From: an uncultured Bacteroidia bacterium
Lineage (GTDB): Bacteria; Bacteroidota; Bacteroidia; Bacteroidales; UBA932
Reading direction: 5' to 3'
Length of the DNA stretch: 64,000 nucleotides
Assembly: GCA_902766255.1 (NCBI GenBank)
Contig: CACXCS010000008.1
Coordinates: forward strand, 2,132 to 66,131
The notes beneath the pieces were generated by a model. That model had not been told where the DNA came from. It searched no databases and worked only from the letters and a program-made list of their open reading frames with translations. The position numbers and the translations under genes are program-made. This document shows positions 18,380 through 30,183 of this stretch, one piece after another; position 1 is the first letter of the stretch, and every line of letters begins with the position of its first letter.

Positions 18380-20203
18380 TTATTCTTTAATGCAACGGAC
18401 AGAATAACCATCAGCCCTGGATCCATTGGACACGGGCGAAATGGTAATCTGGTAGTTCAAGTTATAATCTTTTAGACTGAAAGCCAGCGCCGAAGCGCCT
18501 CCGGTTATAGTATCGTCCGAGGCGGTGTTGGTCCAGTAATTCCCCCAAAGGCCAACCATGCTTCCCATAAGCATGGCATAGCCGCCGTCATAGCGCGTAG
18601 CCGAAGGGAAATAAGACTTTACTCCTGCCGATTTGTCAAGCCAGAGCCACCAGCCGCTCAGATAATCATCAAGGGTGTACTTGCCGTCGGAGTTATAGTC
18701 CACAACCGCGACGTTGGCAGGGCCGCCCAGATCGGAGAACTGGAGTCCCGTTGCGGTATCTCCCGTGGCCCAGGTATAGCCGCCGCTCTGAGTAAAGTGT
18801 ACGAATTCCTTCATGGAGGGCACGCGCCAGCCGGGAGGACAGGGGTCGTAGAACGACTTGGCCCCGGCATTGACATATGCACCGCCGGTGCTTCTGGCAT
18901 TGCCGTCGGGATTGCCCCACAAGGCCACGCTGGACTCGGCCGGCAGCAGCCAGTCGCGGGTGGTGGACGCGTGGTTGTTGTTGGACATGCACACATCAGG
19001 ATTGGCTATGCTGAATGCCAGATTGTTGTCTTTGCTGGAAAAACGGTCGGTGGAACGGATGGACACCTGCGAACCGTATATATCGTACACAGTTATGGGC
19101 AGAGTGTAGATGCTTCCGTCATGTGCTACCGGCGAGTACGGGAACGGGTCTTTACGGCCCCACTGATACAGCATGCCATGAGAGGATATCTTGTCTTCCG
19201 TGCAGTCAAGGGCACCCAGATTCATATTCATCATCATGCTGCCGGTGGCGTTGCGGAGCTCCTCTATGGGGGCGGAAGGATGCCATATATGCCAGCTCCA
19301 GATAATCTGTCCGTCGGCTCCGGTGGCAGCAATCACTGCGCTACCCGGCGCCCTGGAGGCCTCGAAACTGATTTTGCCATCAGCGTAACGGAGATTGGAT
19401 ACCATGCCCTTTACTGTCTGCCATACCAGGCGGGCGCCGGATGGAGCCAGAGGTGCAGGTGCAGACAAACCCTTGGTAGCCAGGCCGTTACCCCTGACTG
19501 TAGCGTCGAAGCTATATTCTCCCCTGTGGGTGATGATGTAGCAATTGGAAGTGACCGTTTCACTCAAATACACGGGGTCGTATTCTATGACCCTCGCCTG
19601 CTGGACTGCCACTAAATCTTTGAACACGATGGCGGCCTCCTTGGAAGGGGCATAAATCCGAATACGGGCAGTACGGTCGATCTCGGTAGGATTCGCATCT
19701 GCAGTGAGCACCAGCTTCCCGGGCGCGGAAGAACAGCTGAGCCAGTCAGATCCTTCAATTACTTCAGCCTCCCATGAAGCGAGGTTCGAAGTAACTTCAA
19801 CCTCGACGGTAGAAGCCTCTACTCCAAGATCGACACTTGCAGGCACAGTTATAAAAGGATCCACATCCGCGCCCTTCTGATGCACGGACACAGTGGTAAA
19901 GACCGAACTGCCTGCAGGCCCTGCATAAAGGGTTATGGTTGCATCACGCGGAGACTCGGACTCGTTGGCCGCCACATTGACACGCAGACGGTCAGTATCA
20001 GTTCCCGCCTCGGTGAGCCATCCGGCCCCGCCGAGGTCGTAGGACCATTGGTTGCCGGGAGCTGTAGATACTACTTTTATGGAAAGCATTACCTTGGAGG
20101 CAGAAAGCTCATACTGTGCCTGGCCGTCAACGGATATAGTGACTTCCTTTGTACAGGACAGCAAAAAAGAGGCAATAACAGCCAGAAATACATAACGTTT
20201 CAT
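18380..20203 (-). CDS. BACON-domain lipoprotein with fimbrial-tip / Fib_succ_major-like C-terminal domain
   Basis: Lipobox LLSC, two BACON-like units (WL..., N...R.A), SNCYII, WSWHIW, YQWGRKDPF, DPCPPGWRVP and GYSVRCIKE. Confidence 0.85.
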   Translation of the reverse strand: MKRYVFLAVIASFLLSCTKEVTISVDGQAQYELSASKVMLSIKVVSTAPGNQWSYDLGGAGWLTEAGTDTDRLRVNVAANESESPRDATITLYAGPAGSSVFTTVSVHQKGADVDPFITVPASVDLGVEASTVEVEVTSNLASWEAEVIEGSDWLSCSSAPGKLVLTADANPTEIDRTARIRIYAPSKEAAIVFKDLVAVQQARVIEYDPVYLSETVTSNCYIITHRGEYSFDATVRGNGLATKGLSAPAPLAPSGARLVWQTVKGMVSNLRYADGKISFEASRAPGSAVIAATGADGQIIWSWHIWHPSAPIEELRNATGSMMMNMNLGALDCTEDKISSHGMLYQWGRKDPFPYSPVAHDGSIYTLPITVYDIYGSQVSIRSTDRFSSKDNNLAFSIANPDVCMSNNNHASTTRDWLLPAESSVALWGNPDGNARSTGGAYVNAGAKSFYDPCPPGWRVPSMKEFVHFTQSGGYTWATGDTATGLQFSDLGGPANVAVVDYNSDGKYTLDDYLSGWWLWLDKSAGVKSYFPSATRYDGGYAMLMGSMVGLWGNYWTNTASDDTITGGASALAFSLKDYNLNYQITISPVSNGSRADGYSVRCIKE

Positions 20204-20227
20204 AAAAGTATAACAATGCGTAAGATG

Positions 20228-20235
20228 CAAATATA
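20228..20235 (-). promoter_or_regulatory. -7 promoter element for the BACON-S8-PorV operon
   Basis: Reverse complement TATATTTG, about 25 nt upstream of ATG 20203. Confidence 0.55.
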
Positions 20236-20266
20236 AAAAAAGTATTTTATATACTGTCGGTTATGC

Positions 20267-20297
20267 AAAAAAAGCGCCGTCTTTACAGGCGGCGCTT
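20267..20297 (-). terminator. Intrinsic terminator of the susC/D operon
   Basis: AAGCGCCGTCT-TTAC-AGGCGGCGCTT hairpin followed by T7 on the minus strand. Confidence 0.8.
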
Positions 20298-20318
20298 CAA
20301 AGAATGTCTATCCGAAAA

Positions 20319-22028
20319 CTATCGGGATGTCTTTACATGCTTGCCAGTCTGAGTGAAAATGGGAGCGAACTTCATCGAAGAACTGCCTTTCACTGAGCCT
20401 GCTGCAGCTGCAGGAGAGATGGTGGTACCATCTGCACAGTAAGCGGCTGTACCAAGGTACTTCCCGGATTGCGCATCGCTTACGCCGTACTCGCAGTAGC
20501 TGATAGTGGTAAGATTGCCTTCATCGTCATAGTTGATGACGATAGGATCAGTACCGTAGTCGCCACCTCCCCAGAAAGTAAGAACCATAGTTCCGGCCTC
20601 ATCATAATAATAGAAACCAGAACCCCAAAGTTCTTCAGTAACCGCGCCCTTCAATATAAACTGATCGTCACATGTAAGGGTCCTGGCCGGTTCATCCAAA
20701 GTGAGGTACAAGACAGGATTGCCAAAGCCACCGCCAAAGAAACCGAACCAGTCGGCAGCGAAACTATAATGCTCGTCATCGAGTTTTGTCAACTTGACTG
20801 CAAAAGGAGCCGGCTGGCCTTCAACCACATTGTTGACAATGTAGTTTCCTTCCTTGGGATAAACTGCAGTATAAGCATAGACGAAAGGTCCGAGCACTAT
20901 ATCTTCCTCGTTGGTGTTGCCATAGATATCCTCACAAGCCTCGGCAGGGATGGTGATGGTTATTTCATCCTTGGGAGAGGGAGTTCCGGCAGGGCGCACA
21001 AGAATGTTGTAAAGTTCGCCACCGAAATGGGTAATGGGCTCCATGGGATAAGTGGTTGTCGTTACCGATGAAACGCCGTCTTTCGTCGACTCAACATGCT
21101 TGATGACGGTAGTAAACTTGGCCTTGGGATCAATTGAGTTAACCATAGTGGGGACACCGACCTTGATCCACTGGGAAAGATCATCTATCGCGGTTGTCTC
21201 GGGAAGGGTAACCTCAAGATTGGCATTCTCAAGATAGCCGTAGATACCTTCGACATTTACATCCTCGCCATCCTGGAAGAAGCGAGAACTCACAGCAGGA
21301 GTGGGCTGGCCCAGGGCATCGACAAAGGCTCCCTCGGGAATGTTGACGACATAGAAGGAACCAGGGGTCTCAATCTTCTCAAAGGTGAGCAAAGCCTCAT
21401 TGCCTTCAACCTCAACCGTAGCCGGGGTATCCGTCATAACAGGTGATCCGGTGAGATAGTAATAAGCAAAAACATTGGCGGTTATCTTCTTGCTTTCGAC
21501 ATAGGATACGGGCTCAGAGAAGGTAAGGAGAACCGTGTTCTCTTCGAATTCATAATCAATATCACCGTCAGCATCGACCACAATTGAAGGGGCGACGGTA
21601 TCGGTGGTAAGGACTACGGCCGAGGCCACCTCTCCAAGATTACCTTCGGGATTGGCGGCAACCGCGTACACATAGTAGTTGGTGTTGAAATCAAGACCGC
21701 TTACAGCACCTGTAAAGCTGTTGTTATCAGCGTAAACCAGGCGCTTTGCCATAATGTTTTTGTATTTCAACGAATACACTTGATCGGCAGCTGGGCTGTC
21801 AATCTTGGAGTCGGACACAAAGCAGGTATAAAAACCAACATTGCCGGAAGGAGTGACCTTGAAGGAAAAACCGTCGTCGGTCTTGCTCACAATGTTCACT
21901 GCTATGGTCGGTACTGCACCGGGAGTGGTGCTGGGCTCAGCAGGAGCCAGAGCCTCGCTTGTGCAGGACCACGCAGCAAACGCCATAATAGCAACAGCTA
22001 TGGATTGAAATACTCTTTTCATGTTCAA
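20319..22028 (-). CDS. Surface lipoprotein with FN3/Ig-like domains (SusE-positioned)
   Basis: Lipobox AWSC; FN3-like GLDFNTNYYVYAVA; Ig-like LTFSEPV / VNIPEGAFVD. Confidence 0.8.
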   Translation of the reverse strand: MNMKRVFQSIAVAIMAFAAWSCTSEALAPAEPSTTPGAVPTIAVNIVSKTDDGFSFKVTPSGNVGFYTCFVSDSKIDSPAADQVYSLKYKNIMAKRLVYADNNSFTGAVSGLDFNTNYYVYAVAANPEGNLGEVASAVVLTTDTVAPSIVVDADGDIDYEFEENTVLLTFSEPVSYVESKKITANVFAYYYLTGSPVMTDTPATVEVEGNEALLTFEKIETPGSFYVVNIPEGAFVDALGQPTPAVSSRFFQDGEDVNVEGIYGYLENANLEVTLPETTAIDDLSQWIKVGVPTMVNSIDPKAKFTTVIKHVESTKDGVSSVTTTTYPMEPITHFGGELYNILVRPAGTPSPKDEITITIPAEACEDIYGNTNEEDIVLGPFVYAYTAVYPKEGNYIVNNVVEGQPAPFAVKLTKLDDEHYSFAADWFGFFGGGFGNPVLYLTLDEPARTLTCDDQFILKGAVTEELWGSGFYYYDEAGTMVLTFWGGGDYGTDPIVINYDDEGNLTTISYCEYGVSDAQSGKYLGTAAYCADGTTISPAAAAGSVKGSSSMKFAPIFTQTGKHVKTSR

Positions 22029-22922
22029 TTAGTCTATTTTAGTCCATACGACTTTATAACCGGCCTGGGTCCTCTCTCCGAGAAGGAATCCATTGTACCA
22101 CAAATAATTGTTGACAAAGCCGACACCCTGGACAGATTCGAAACCAGTGGCAGTCTGGTCGTAGATAATATTGACGCCAGAGTCAATCATATAATCACCT
22201 TCTATATAGCATTCAACGAGTGTCAGCTGTCCCTCACCTTGGTACTCACCTATCTGCTGACCACCAGGGAATGAAAGCTGATACATTCCGGTAGCCTCAT
22301 CCTTGGTAACATTGGCATAGACAGGAAGGAGATCAGAATTGGCACCTTGCAGAGGGCAGATGGCGTCGCACCATACGATGGTAACATCAGTAGCATCCTT
22401 TGTAAGATGTAATTCCCAGGTAACCTCACCGCCGACATCCACCGCAGCTCCGGTATATGTACCGAGAATCGCAGACAGAGGATGGTCAAGGTCGTAGATA
22501 GTTACCGCGCAAGAATTCTCGGCGCTGATCTTAAGGCCGGTAGCGGACTCAAGGTTGACGGAGAATTTAAGGTCACCTGTATATTCACCGGCCAGATTGA
22601 TAATGTCGATGACAATATTCTGGGAGCGGGCAGTGCCATCGAAAGTAAGCACAGCGTCGGCGTTGGTGTCTTTAAAGTTGACACCGGCCTTGGCGGAGCC
22701 ATCGATGATCTTATAAGATACAGTTGTCTTGACAGGAGCCAGAGAAGCAATTTCTACCGGTATGATAAGCTGGCCTTTGTTCTCATTAAGTCCAAACGAG
22801 GTCTTGGGAAAAGACGCGAAAGCCTCCGACTCCTCAAACTTAGGAAGGGTATTCAGCCCCTGGCAAGATGCAAGCACCGCAAGGGACGCGAACCCAAGTA
22901 AAAGTGAATAAAATCTTTTCAT
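22029..22922 (-). CDS. Lipoprotein with Calx-beta-like domain
   Basis: Lipobox LASC; DGSAKAGVNF...LTF motif; start reassigned to MKRFYS. Confidence 0.78.
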   Translation of the reverse strand: MKRFYSLLLGFASLAVLASCQGLNTLPKFEESEAFASFPKTSFGLNENKGQLIIPVEIASLAPVKTTVSYKIIDGSAKAGVNFKDTNADAVLTFDGTARSQNIVIDIINLAGEYTGDLKFSVNLESATGLKISAENSCAVTIYDLDHPLSAILGTYTGAAVDVGGEVTWELHLTKDATDVTIVWCDAICPLQGANSDLLPVYANVTKDEATGMYQLSFPGGQQIGEYQGEGQLTLVECYIEGDYMIDSGVNIIYDQTATGFESVQGVGFVNNYLWYNGFLLGERTQAGYKVVWTKID

Positions 22923-22935
22923 GATAATCTCGTAA

Positions 22936-24381
22936 TTACTCTTCAGGGTAACCATCATTCTGAGGCTTGAGGTTAGGATTTACTGTAAACTCACGCCTGG
23001 GAAGGGGCTTTGCCCAGCGATAATCACCGGCTTCGATTCTGGTAGGAACCTCTCCTGAGATATCGGTGCGGGTCATAGGACGGCCGGTACGTGCAAGATC
23101 AAACCACAGGTGGGCTTCCCAACCGAACTCTTTCTGGTTCTCTGTGAACACACCGTCTTTGGTAGCGTTCTGAGGGGTTGCTCCACGGCTGTTGGCAATA
23201 GCGTTGAGATCTTCAACTGCAGAATAACCGCTTGCGCCGTTGATAACAGCCTCTGCGCGGATAAGATACATTTCGGAGAGTCTGAGCACGATGACGTTAG
23301 TAGCATCAAGTGCACCAAGTCCCTTACCGAAGTACTTGAGAGTGAACATGGCGTTGCCATCCTCGTCGGGGGAATAGAGAGTCTTGCGGACATCAGCATC
23401 TTCATAGAGGTTGACAAGGTCCATACCTACGCCGCAGTCACCGTAACCCACGTATGAAGTCATGCCCCATACGGTTTCATTGCCGGTACCATAGGTCTGG
23501 GAAAGACCATTGTAGATCTGGAAGATAACCTCTCCATCCTTGGGTACATCCTGCTTATAGACGGCTGCATCCTTGATCTCGTCGGAAGTCCAGAGCTTAT
23601 AATCTTTGTTGCCGATGACCTTGGCAGCGTAGTCGGCAGCATTCTGCCACTGTTCGCTGTACAGATATGCACGGGCAAGGAGAGCCTGGATGGCGGGAAG
23701 GGTAACGGTTGCCTTAGGATCCTTGACACCCTGACGGACATAGTCCTTATCGATGAGTTTCTCGGCATCGAGGAGGTCAGTAATAATGTTCTCGTAAACT
23801 TTGCCTACGGTCTCACGGGCAGGCTTGGCCTCGGAATCGCTCTTGTAAATGTAAGGAACTCCGTAGTGGCTGTGGTCTGCGGTGTAGTTGTAAGGCATGG
23901 CATAAACGCGCACCAGGTCGAAGTGGGAGAGGGCACGGATGAACAAGCACTCTGCCTTGAGATTCTTGAGGTCCTGCTCGGAAGCGTCAAATTCGGCACC
24001 CTCAGCATCAATGGCGTTGATGACATTGTTGGCTGCGGAAATTGCATAGTAAGCAGCACTCCAAAGAGGGCTGGTAGAACCAGGGGTATAGAGCACGGAG
24101 TACTCGTCTTTGTAACGTCCGGACTCATACTTGTCGTAGATGATACCCCAACGCTTGCCGTTGCCGGTGGCCATCTCGTTGTCGAGGATGAAGTGTGCTC
24201 CGTACCAGCTTGTTGAAGACAGGGGAGCGTAAGCACCTGCAGTCGAGAGATTCAGGCCGTCGTAAGTAGACAAGGTCAGAACATCACTCTGCGCCAGTTT
24301 GGGAGCTCTCTCAAGGAAGTCCTTGCCGCAACTGGAAAGAACGAGAACCGCTGCTATGATTGCAAAAAATATCTTTTTCAT
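22936..24381 (-). CDS. RagB/SusD-family outer-membrane lipoprotein
   Basis: Lipobox LSSC, LFIRALSHFDLVR, ALLARAYLY, LRLSEMYLIRAEA and WFDLAR. Confidence 0.95.
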   Translation of the reverse strand: MKKIFFAIIAAVLVLSSCGKDFLERAPKLAQSDVLTLSTYDGLNLSTAGAYAPLSSTSWYGAHFILDNEMATGNGKRWGIIYDKYESGRYKDEYSVLYTPGSTSPLWSAAYYAISAANNVINAIDAEGAEFDASEQDLKNLKAECLFIRALSHFDLVRVYAMPYNYTADHSHYGVPYIYKSDSEAKPARETVGKVYENIITDLLDAEKLIDKDYVRQGVKDPKATVTLPAIQALLARAYLYSEQWQNAADYAAKVIGNKDYKLWTSDEIKDAAVYKQDVPKDGEVIFQIYNGLSQTYGTGNETVWGMTSYVGYGDCGVGMDLVNLYEDADVRKTLYSPDEDGNAMFTLKYFGKGLGALDATNVIVLRLSEMYLIRAEAVINGASGYSAVEDLNAIANSRGATPQNATKDGVFTENQKEFGWEAHLWFDLARTGRPMTRTDISGEVPTRIEAGDYRWAKPLPRREFTVNPNLKPQNDGYPEE

Positions 24382-24393
24382 ATTCGTTCTCTT

Positions 24394-27300
24394 TTAGAAG
24401 GTTATCTCGACACCGCCGACAACACTCTTGGTAATAGGATAGGCACCGGATGTGATACCGGAAATACCCTGCTCAGGATCCCAGAAGTTGACGTCGTTGA
24501 AGCAATAAAGGTTGAGACCGCTCACATAAACGCGAAGGTTGTTGATATGGATCTTCTTTAGGAGCGTCTGGGGAAGATTGTAGGAGAGGGTTACGTCCTT
24601 GACACGGAGATAACTTGCATCTTCGAGCCAACGGTCGATTGCCCAGTCGTTGGAGTTGGAAGTGTTACCTGCAACGGGCTTGGGATTGACACCGGTATCG
24701 CCGGGCTTCTTCCAGTAGTTGAGGCCGCTTGCGAACTGGTTCATAGCCATCTGCTGACCGTCGGACTGCAGGTAGTGGTTCTCGTTCCAGACGAGGATCC
24801 TGTGTCCGGCCTTGCCCTCGAAGAAGGCGCTCAGAGAGAGACCCTTCCACTGAAGTACAGTATTGAAACCGCCGACGTACCTGGGTTCAGGAGAACCGGC
24901 ATAATAACGGCGTGCCTTGGCATAGTCGCTGGTAAGGATCCTTGAACCGTTGTTGTCATAAGCCTGTACCCACAGAGCCTGACCGTTGGTAGGGTTGACT
25001 CCGTAGTAATCAGCCAGGTAGAAGGAGTACATCGAACGTCCGACAGTGTAGCGGATATCTCCGTCGGCGTTGGCGTTGATGAACTCGTCGCCGCCGAGGT
25101 CGAGGATACGGGTCTTGTTGTAGGCGATGTTACCGCCGACGGACCACACGAAGTCGGGCTTCTGTATGATGTTGTAGTCGAGCTGGATCTCAACACCGCC
25201 GTTGACCATCGAACCCACGTTGGAGAAGATGGAGGAGAAACCGGAAGTCTGGGGGATCTGCTTGGTAAGGAGCAGGTCTTTGGTCAGACGGTTGTAAACG
25301 TCGATGCTACCGGTAAGACGGTTGTTGAAGAAGCCGAAATCGAAACCGAAGTTGGTGGTAAGGTTGCGCTCCCATGAGAGAACCCTGTTCTCGAGCTGGG
25401 TGGGGCGGTAACCGGTCACACCATTATAAATAGAAGTTTCATACAGACCGTATGCATTGTAAGCGCTGATACCGTTATTACCGTTGACACCGTAGCTGGC
25501 ACGGAACTTCAGAAGGTTTACATTACGGAGGTTACGCATGAAGGCCTCGTTGGTGATGTTCCAGGAAGCGGAAACCGCCCAGAACAGACCCCATTTCTTA
25601 TCGGCACCGAACAGTGAAGAACCGTCGGTACGGACATTGGCCTGGAGGAAGTAACGATTGTCGTAGTTGTAATCGAAGATTCCGAAGAAAGACAGCATCG
25701 TTTCTTCTCCGATACTTTCAGCAATCTCTGTCTGGCTCTGGTCTGCCGAGTTGTGATAAGGCATGGCGTTATCAACCTCGGGAGAGTACTGCAGATTATT
25801 GTAGGAGTTGTAAGACATGGCCTCCTGACCGACCAGGGCGCGGACACTGTGATATCCGCCGAAAATGTTCTGGTAGGTAATGGTATTGGAGGTGGTGAGC
25901 TGAAGTATCTGTGAATTCTGGGTCTCCAGCTGGTTGCAATAAGGAACCTGGTGAGCCAGAGGGGAGTAGAAGATACGGGACAGCACGAAGAAACTCTCCA
26001 TGGAGTTGCGGGTCTCGAGGTCGAGATGAGGAATAGGAGACCACTTGAGGTTGACCGTTCCGTTAAGGTGGAATGTGCGGTCGTACTTATCATCGTTCTC
26101 TGCGGTGGCACGGGGGTTTTCTCCGGAGTTCACTGCAGGGTTTGCGTAATGCTTGCCGTTCTCGTCGGTAAGAGGAGCCCAGGGGAGGATGGTCTCACCA
26201 GCAAAGATAGGATTGGTGTAGGCCAGGGAGCCCATGGGAACGTCTTTCTGGTCGGTGTAGGCGAGGTTGAAACGGACGCCGGTCTCGAGGTTTTCGAGAA
26301 GCTTGTAGGAAGCGTTGATACGGCCCTGGAGCCTTTGAAAATCTACTCCGTAGAAGACACCCTCATCTTTCTGATATGAGAAAGAGGAATAATACCTGGC
26401 ACGGTTGTTACCACCGTTGGCACCGATTTCATACTCCTGGGTGTTTCCAATACGGGTAAACTCATGCAGGGGGTTGTAGAGCTTGTTCTGAAGCAGGGAC
26501 AGAGGCCTGTAATAACCGCCGGCAGAAGCATCGTCGGGATCACCGCCGGCGTTCCTGATGGCATCTCTCTGCCATCCGAGGAGCTCGGAAGCGGTCATCA
26601 TGCGGAAACCGTTGTCGGGCTGGAGCCAGTTGACACCGTACTTTGCGCGAACTGAGAACTGGGTCCTGCCTTCCTTACCGCTCTTGGTGGTAACCAGGAT
26701 AACGCCATTGGCAGCACGGGAACCGTAGGCTGCGGCTGCGGCTGCGTCCTTCAGAACAGTGATGTTCTCAATATCGTTGGGATTGAGACCAGTCATTGCA
26801 CTGTTCACGTTGGATTCGTTGCTGACGTTTCCGGTGAGAACGGGAATACCATCAATAACCCACAGAGGGGCATTGTTGGCGTTGATGGAACCGTTACCAC
26901 GGATACGGATCTGGGTAAGGGCACCAGGCTGGCCGGAAGCGGCGGCAACGGATACACCGGCGAGCTTACCGGCAAGAGCCTTGTCGACGGATGTCACGGG
27001 AGCGGCAGTAAGGGTTTCACCTTTGACGGACGAAACCGAACCGGTAACCGCTTCACGCTTGACAGTTCCGTAGGCCACGACGATGGTCTCTTCAAGGAGC
27101 TGGGAATCAGACTCGAGGACCAGGTCGATCACTTGCCTTCCACCAACGGGTACTTCCACCGTCTTGTAGCCAAGGCAGCTGACGACAAGTGTACCGTCAG
27201 AAGGGACGGAAATCTTGTAGCTGCCCAATGCATCGGTCATAGCATACACAGTGGTACTGCCTTTGAGCTGCACCGCAACCCCGGAGACAGGTTCACCGCT

Positions 27301-27399
27301 TGACTCCTTGATGGTACCGCTCACCTGCGTCTGTGCAAAAGCAGCGGCTCCGGTAAGGAGCAATGCAACAACCGCGAAAAATGATTTAATTTTTCTCAT
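24394..27399 (-). CDS. SusC/RagA-family TonB-dependent transporter
   Basis: IRIRG, PLWVIDG, LKDAAAAAAYGSRAANGVILVTTK, LSWE and a C-terminal Phe. Confidence 0.97.
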   Translation of the reverse strand: MRKIKSFFAVVALLLTGAAAFAQTQVSGTIKESSGEPVSGVAVQLKGSTTVYAMTDALGSYKISVPSDGTLVVSCLGYKTVEVPVGGRQVIDLVLESDSQLLEETIVVAYGTVKREAVTGSVSSVKGETLTAAPVTSVDKALAGKLAGVSVAAASGQPGALTQIRIRGNGSINANNAPLWVIDGIPVLTGNVSNESNVNSAMTGLNPNDIENITVLKDAAAAAAYGSRAANGVILVTTKSGKEGRTQFSVRAKYGVNWLQPDNGFRMMTASELLGWQRDAIRNAGGDPDDASAGGYYRPLSLLQNKLYNPLHEFTRIGNTQEYEIGANGGNNRARYYSSFSYQKDEGVFYGVDFQRLQGRINASYKLLENLETGVRFNLAYTDQKDVPMGSLAYTNPIFAGETILPWAPLTDENGKHYANPAVNSGENPRATAENDDKYDRTFHLNGTVNLKWSPIPHLDLETRNSMESFFVLSRIFYSPLAHQVPYCNQLETQNSQILQLTTSNTITYQNIFGGYHSVRALVGQEAMSYNSYNNLQYSPEVDNAMPYHNSADQSQTEIAESIGEETMLSFFGIFDYNYDNRYFLQANVRTDGSSLFGADKKWGLFWAVSASWNITNEAFMRNLRNVNLLKFRASYGVNGNNGISAYNAYGLYETSIYNGVTGYRPTQLENRVLSWERNLTTNFGFDFGFFNNRLTGSIDVYNRLTKDLLLTKQIPQTSGFSSIFSNVGSMVNGGVEIQLDYNIIQKPDFVWSVGGNIAYNKTRILDLGGDEFINANADGDIRYTVGRSMYSFYLADYYGVNPTNGQALWVQAYDNNGSRILTSDYAKARRYYAGSPEPRYVGGFNTVLQWKGLSLSAFFEGKAGHRILVWNENHYLQSDGQQMAMNQFASGLNYWKKPGDTGVNPKPVAGNTSNSNDWAIDRWLEDASYLRVKDVTLSYNLPQTLLKKIHINNLRVYVSGLNLYCFNDVNFWDPEQGISGITSGAYPITKSVVGGVEITF

Positions 27400-27649
27400 T
27401 GGTTGAATTTTAATTAAACAATAATTATACTAACTGTACTTAAGCTTCGAATTGGAAAGCGAACAATTCGGCGCAAGTTACGGAACATTTTTTTAATAAA
27501 CAAATTATTAAAATAGCCACCTGCATGGCTGCAACCAAGAAAACGGCAAAAAAGGCAAAAAAATCAAAAGAAATATGGGGCTTAGTGCTTAAATTCATTA
27601 AGCAAACAGCCCCAAAATCTTATGATTGTTTATAAAAATTTTTTTAAAA

Positions 27650-28593
27650 CTATTGGGCGGAACCGCCCACGAGATCCAGAATCTCAGATGTAATCTTTTG
27701 CTGACGTCCCTTGTTATACTCAAGGGTAAGCTCGGCCAGAAGCTGCTGGCCATTGTCGGTTGCGGCCTGCATGGCCACCATGCGTGCAGCATGTTCAGCA
27801 GCCGCTGAATCCAGCAATGCAGTGTAAAGCACAAGATTGTTCACCAGCGGGAGCAACGAATCCAGCAGCACTTTGCGGGACGGCTCCAGAATGAAGTCAA
27901 GTGAAGCTTGACAGGTTTCAATACCAGTATGAATATCAACTATTTGGATATTGTCGTCACCGATATAGTCCTCTGCCACCACTTGCTGGCGTCCGGCGCT
28001 GACAAAGTGATTGTACACAAGCTTTGCCCCGGCAATTCTACCTGACGCCCTGAGTTCCCGAAGCTCGCCGGAAACAGCAGCCAAAGCCGTATAATCAGGG
28101 CGGGCCACCAGACTGGAGTAGTCGCGTGCAGCAGGAGTTCCGCTCTTGCGGAGAGCCTCGGTCATCTTCTTGCCGAAACTCCACACCTCCACGTTCCGGC
28201 CTTTTCCTCCGGCGTTCTTAACAATGTCCAAAACCTTTTTGATAACATTGGAATTGAAAGCTCCGCACATCGAACTGTTGCTGCTGAACGCCAGAATCAC
28301 CTCCGGCTGGAGGCACTGATGTCCGGCCTCCTTGATGTCTTTCGGCAGTGGATGGTTCCCGGAAGCCCTCTCCAACACATTCCCGGGCTTCGGGGAACCA
28401 TCCTCTGCCGAAAGACCAGCCTTGGACGGATCCACTCCTGACTGCAGCACCGACTCCAGAATATCCTCGAGGGTCTCCTGATAGGGACGCAGAGCCTCGA
28501 TGGTACGCTGAGCCTTGCGCAGCTTGGAAGAAGCCACGAGTTTCATGGCCGAAGTAATCTTCAACGTACTCCGGACAGAATCAATGCGGTCTT

Positions 28594-28615
<22 letters not shown>
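27650..28615 (-). CDS. atpG: ATP synthase F1 gamma subunit (with hairpin-derived insertion)
   Basis: [27 protein letters not shown] and [12 protein letters not shown] motifs. Confidence 0.96.
28337..28416. repeat. 32-bp inverted repeat (2 mismatches) with 16-nt loop inside atpG
   Basis: GTCTTTCGGCAGTGGATGGTTCCCGGAAGCCC-N16-GGGCTTCGGGGAACCATCCTCTGCCGAAAGAC. Confidence 0.9.
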
Positions 28616-30180
<1,565 letters not shown>

Positions 30181-30183
30181 CTG

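Noticed and set aside
18380-18560. CLec-type C-terminus (YWT...GYSVRCIKE), and likewise 37775-37920, as possible diversity-generating retroelement targets
   Set aside because: No template repeat differing at adenines and no reverse transcriptase were seen in the window; trans-targeting cannot be assessed here.
27400-27649. AT-rich intergenic region upstream of susC as an invertible promoter or ncRNA
   Set aside because: No flanking inverted repeats, recombinase or convincing structure were seen.
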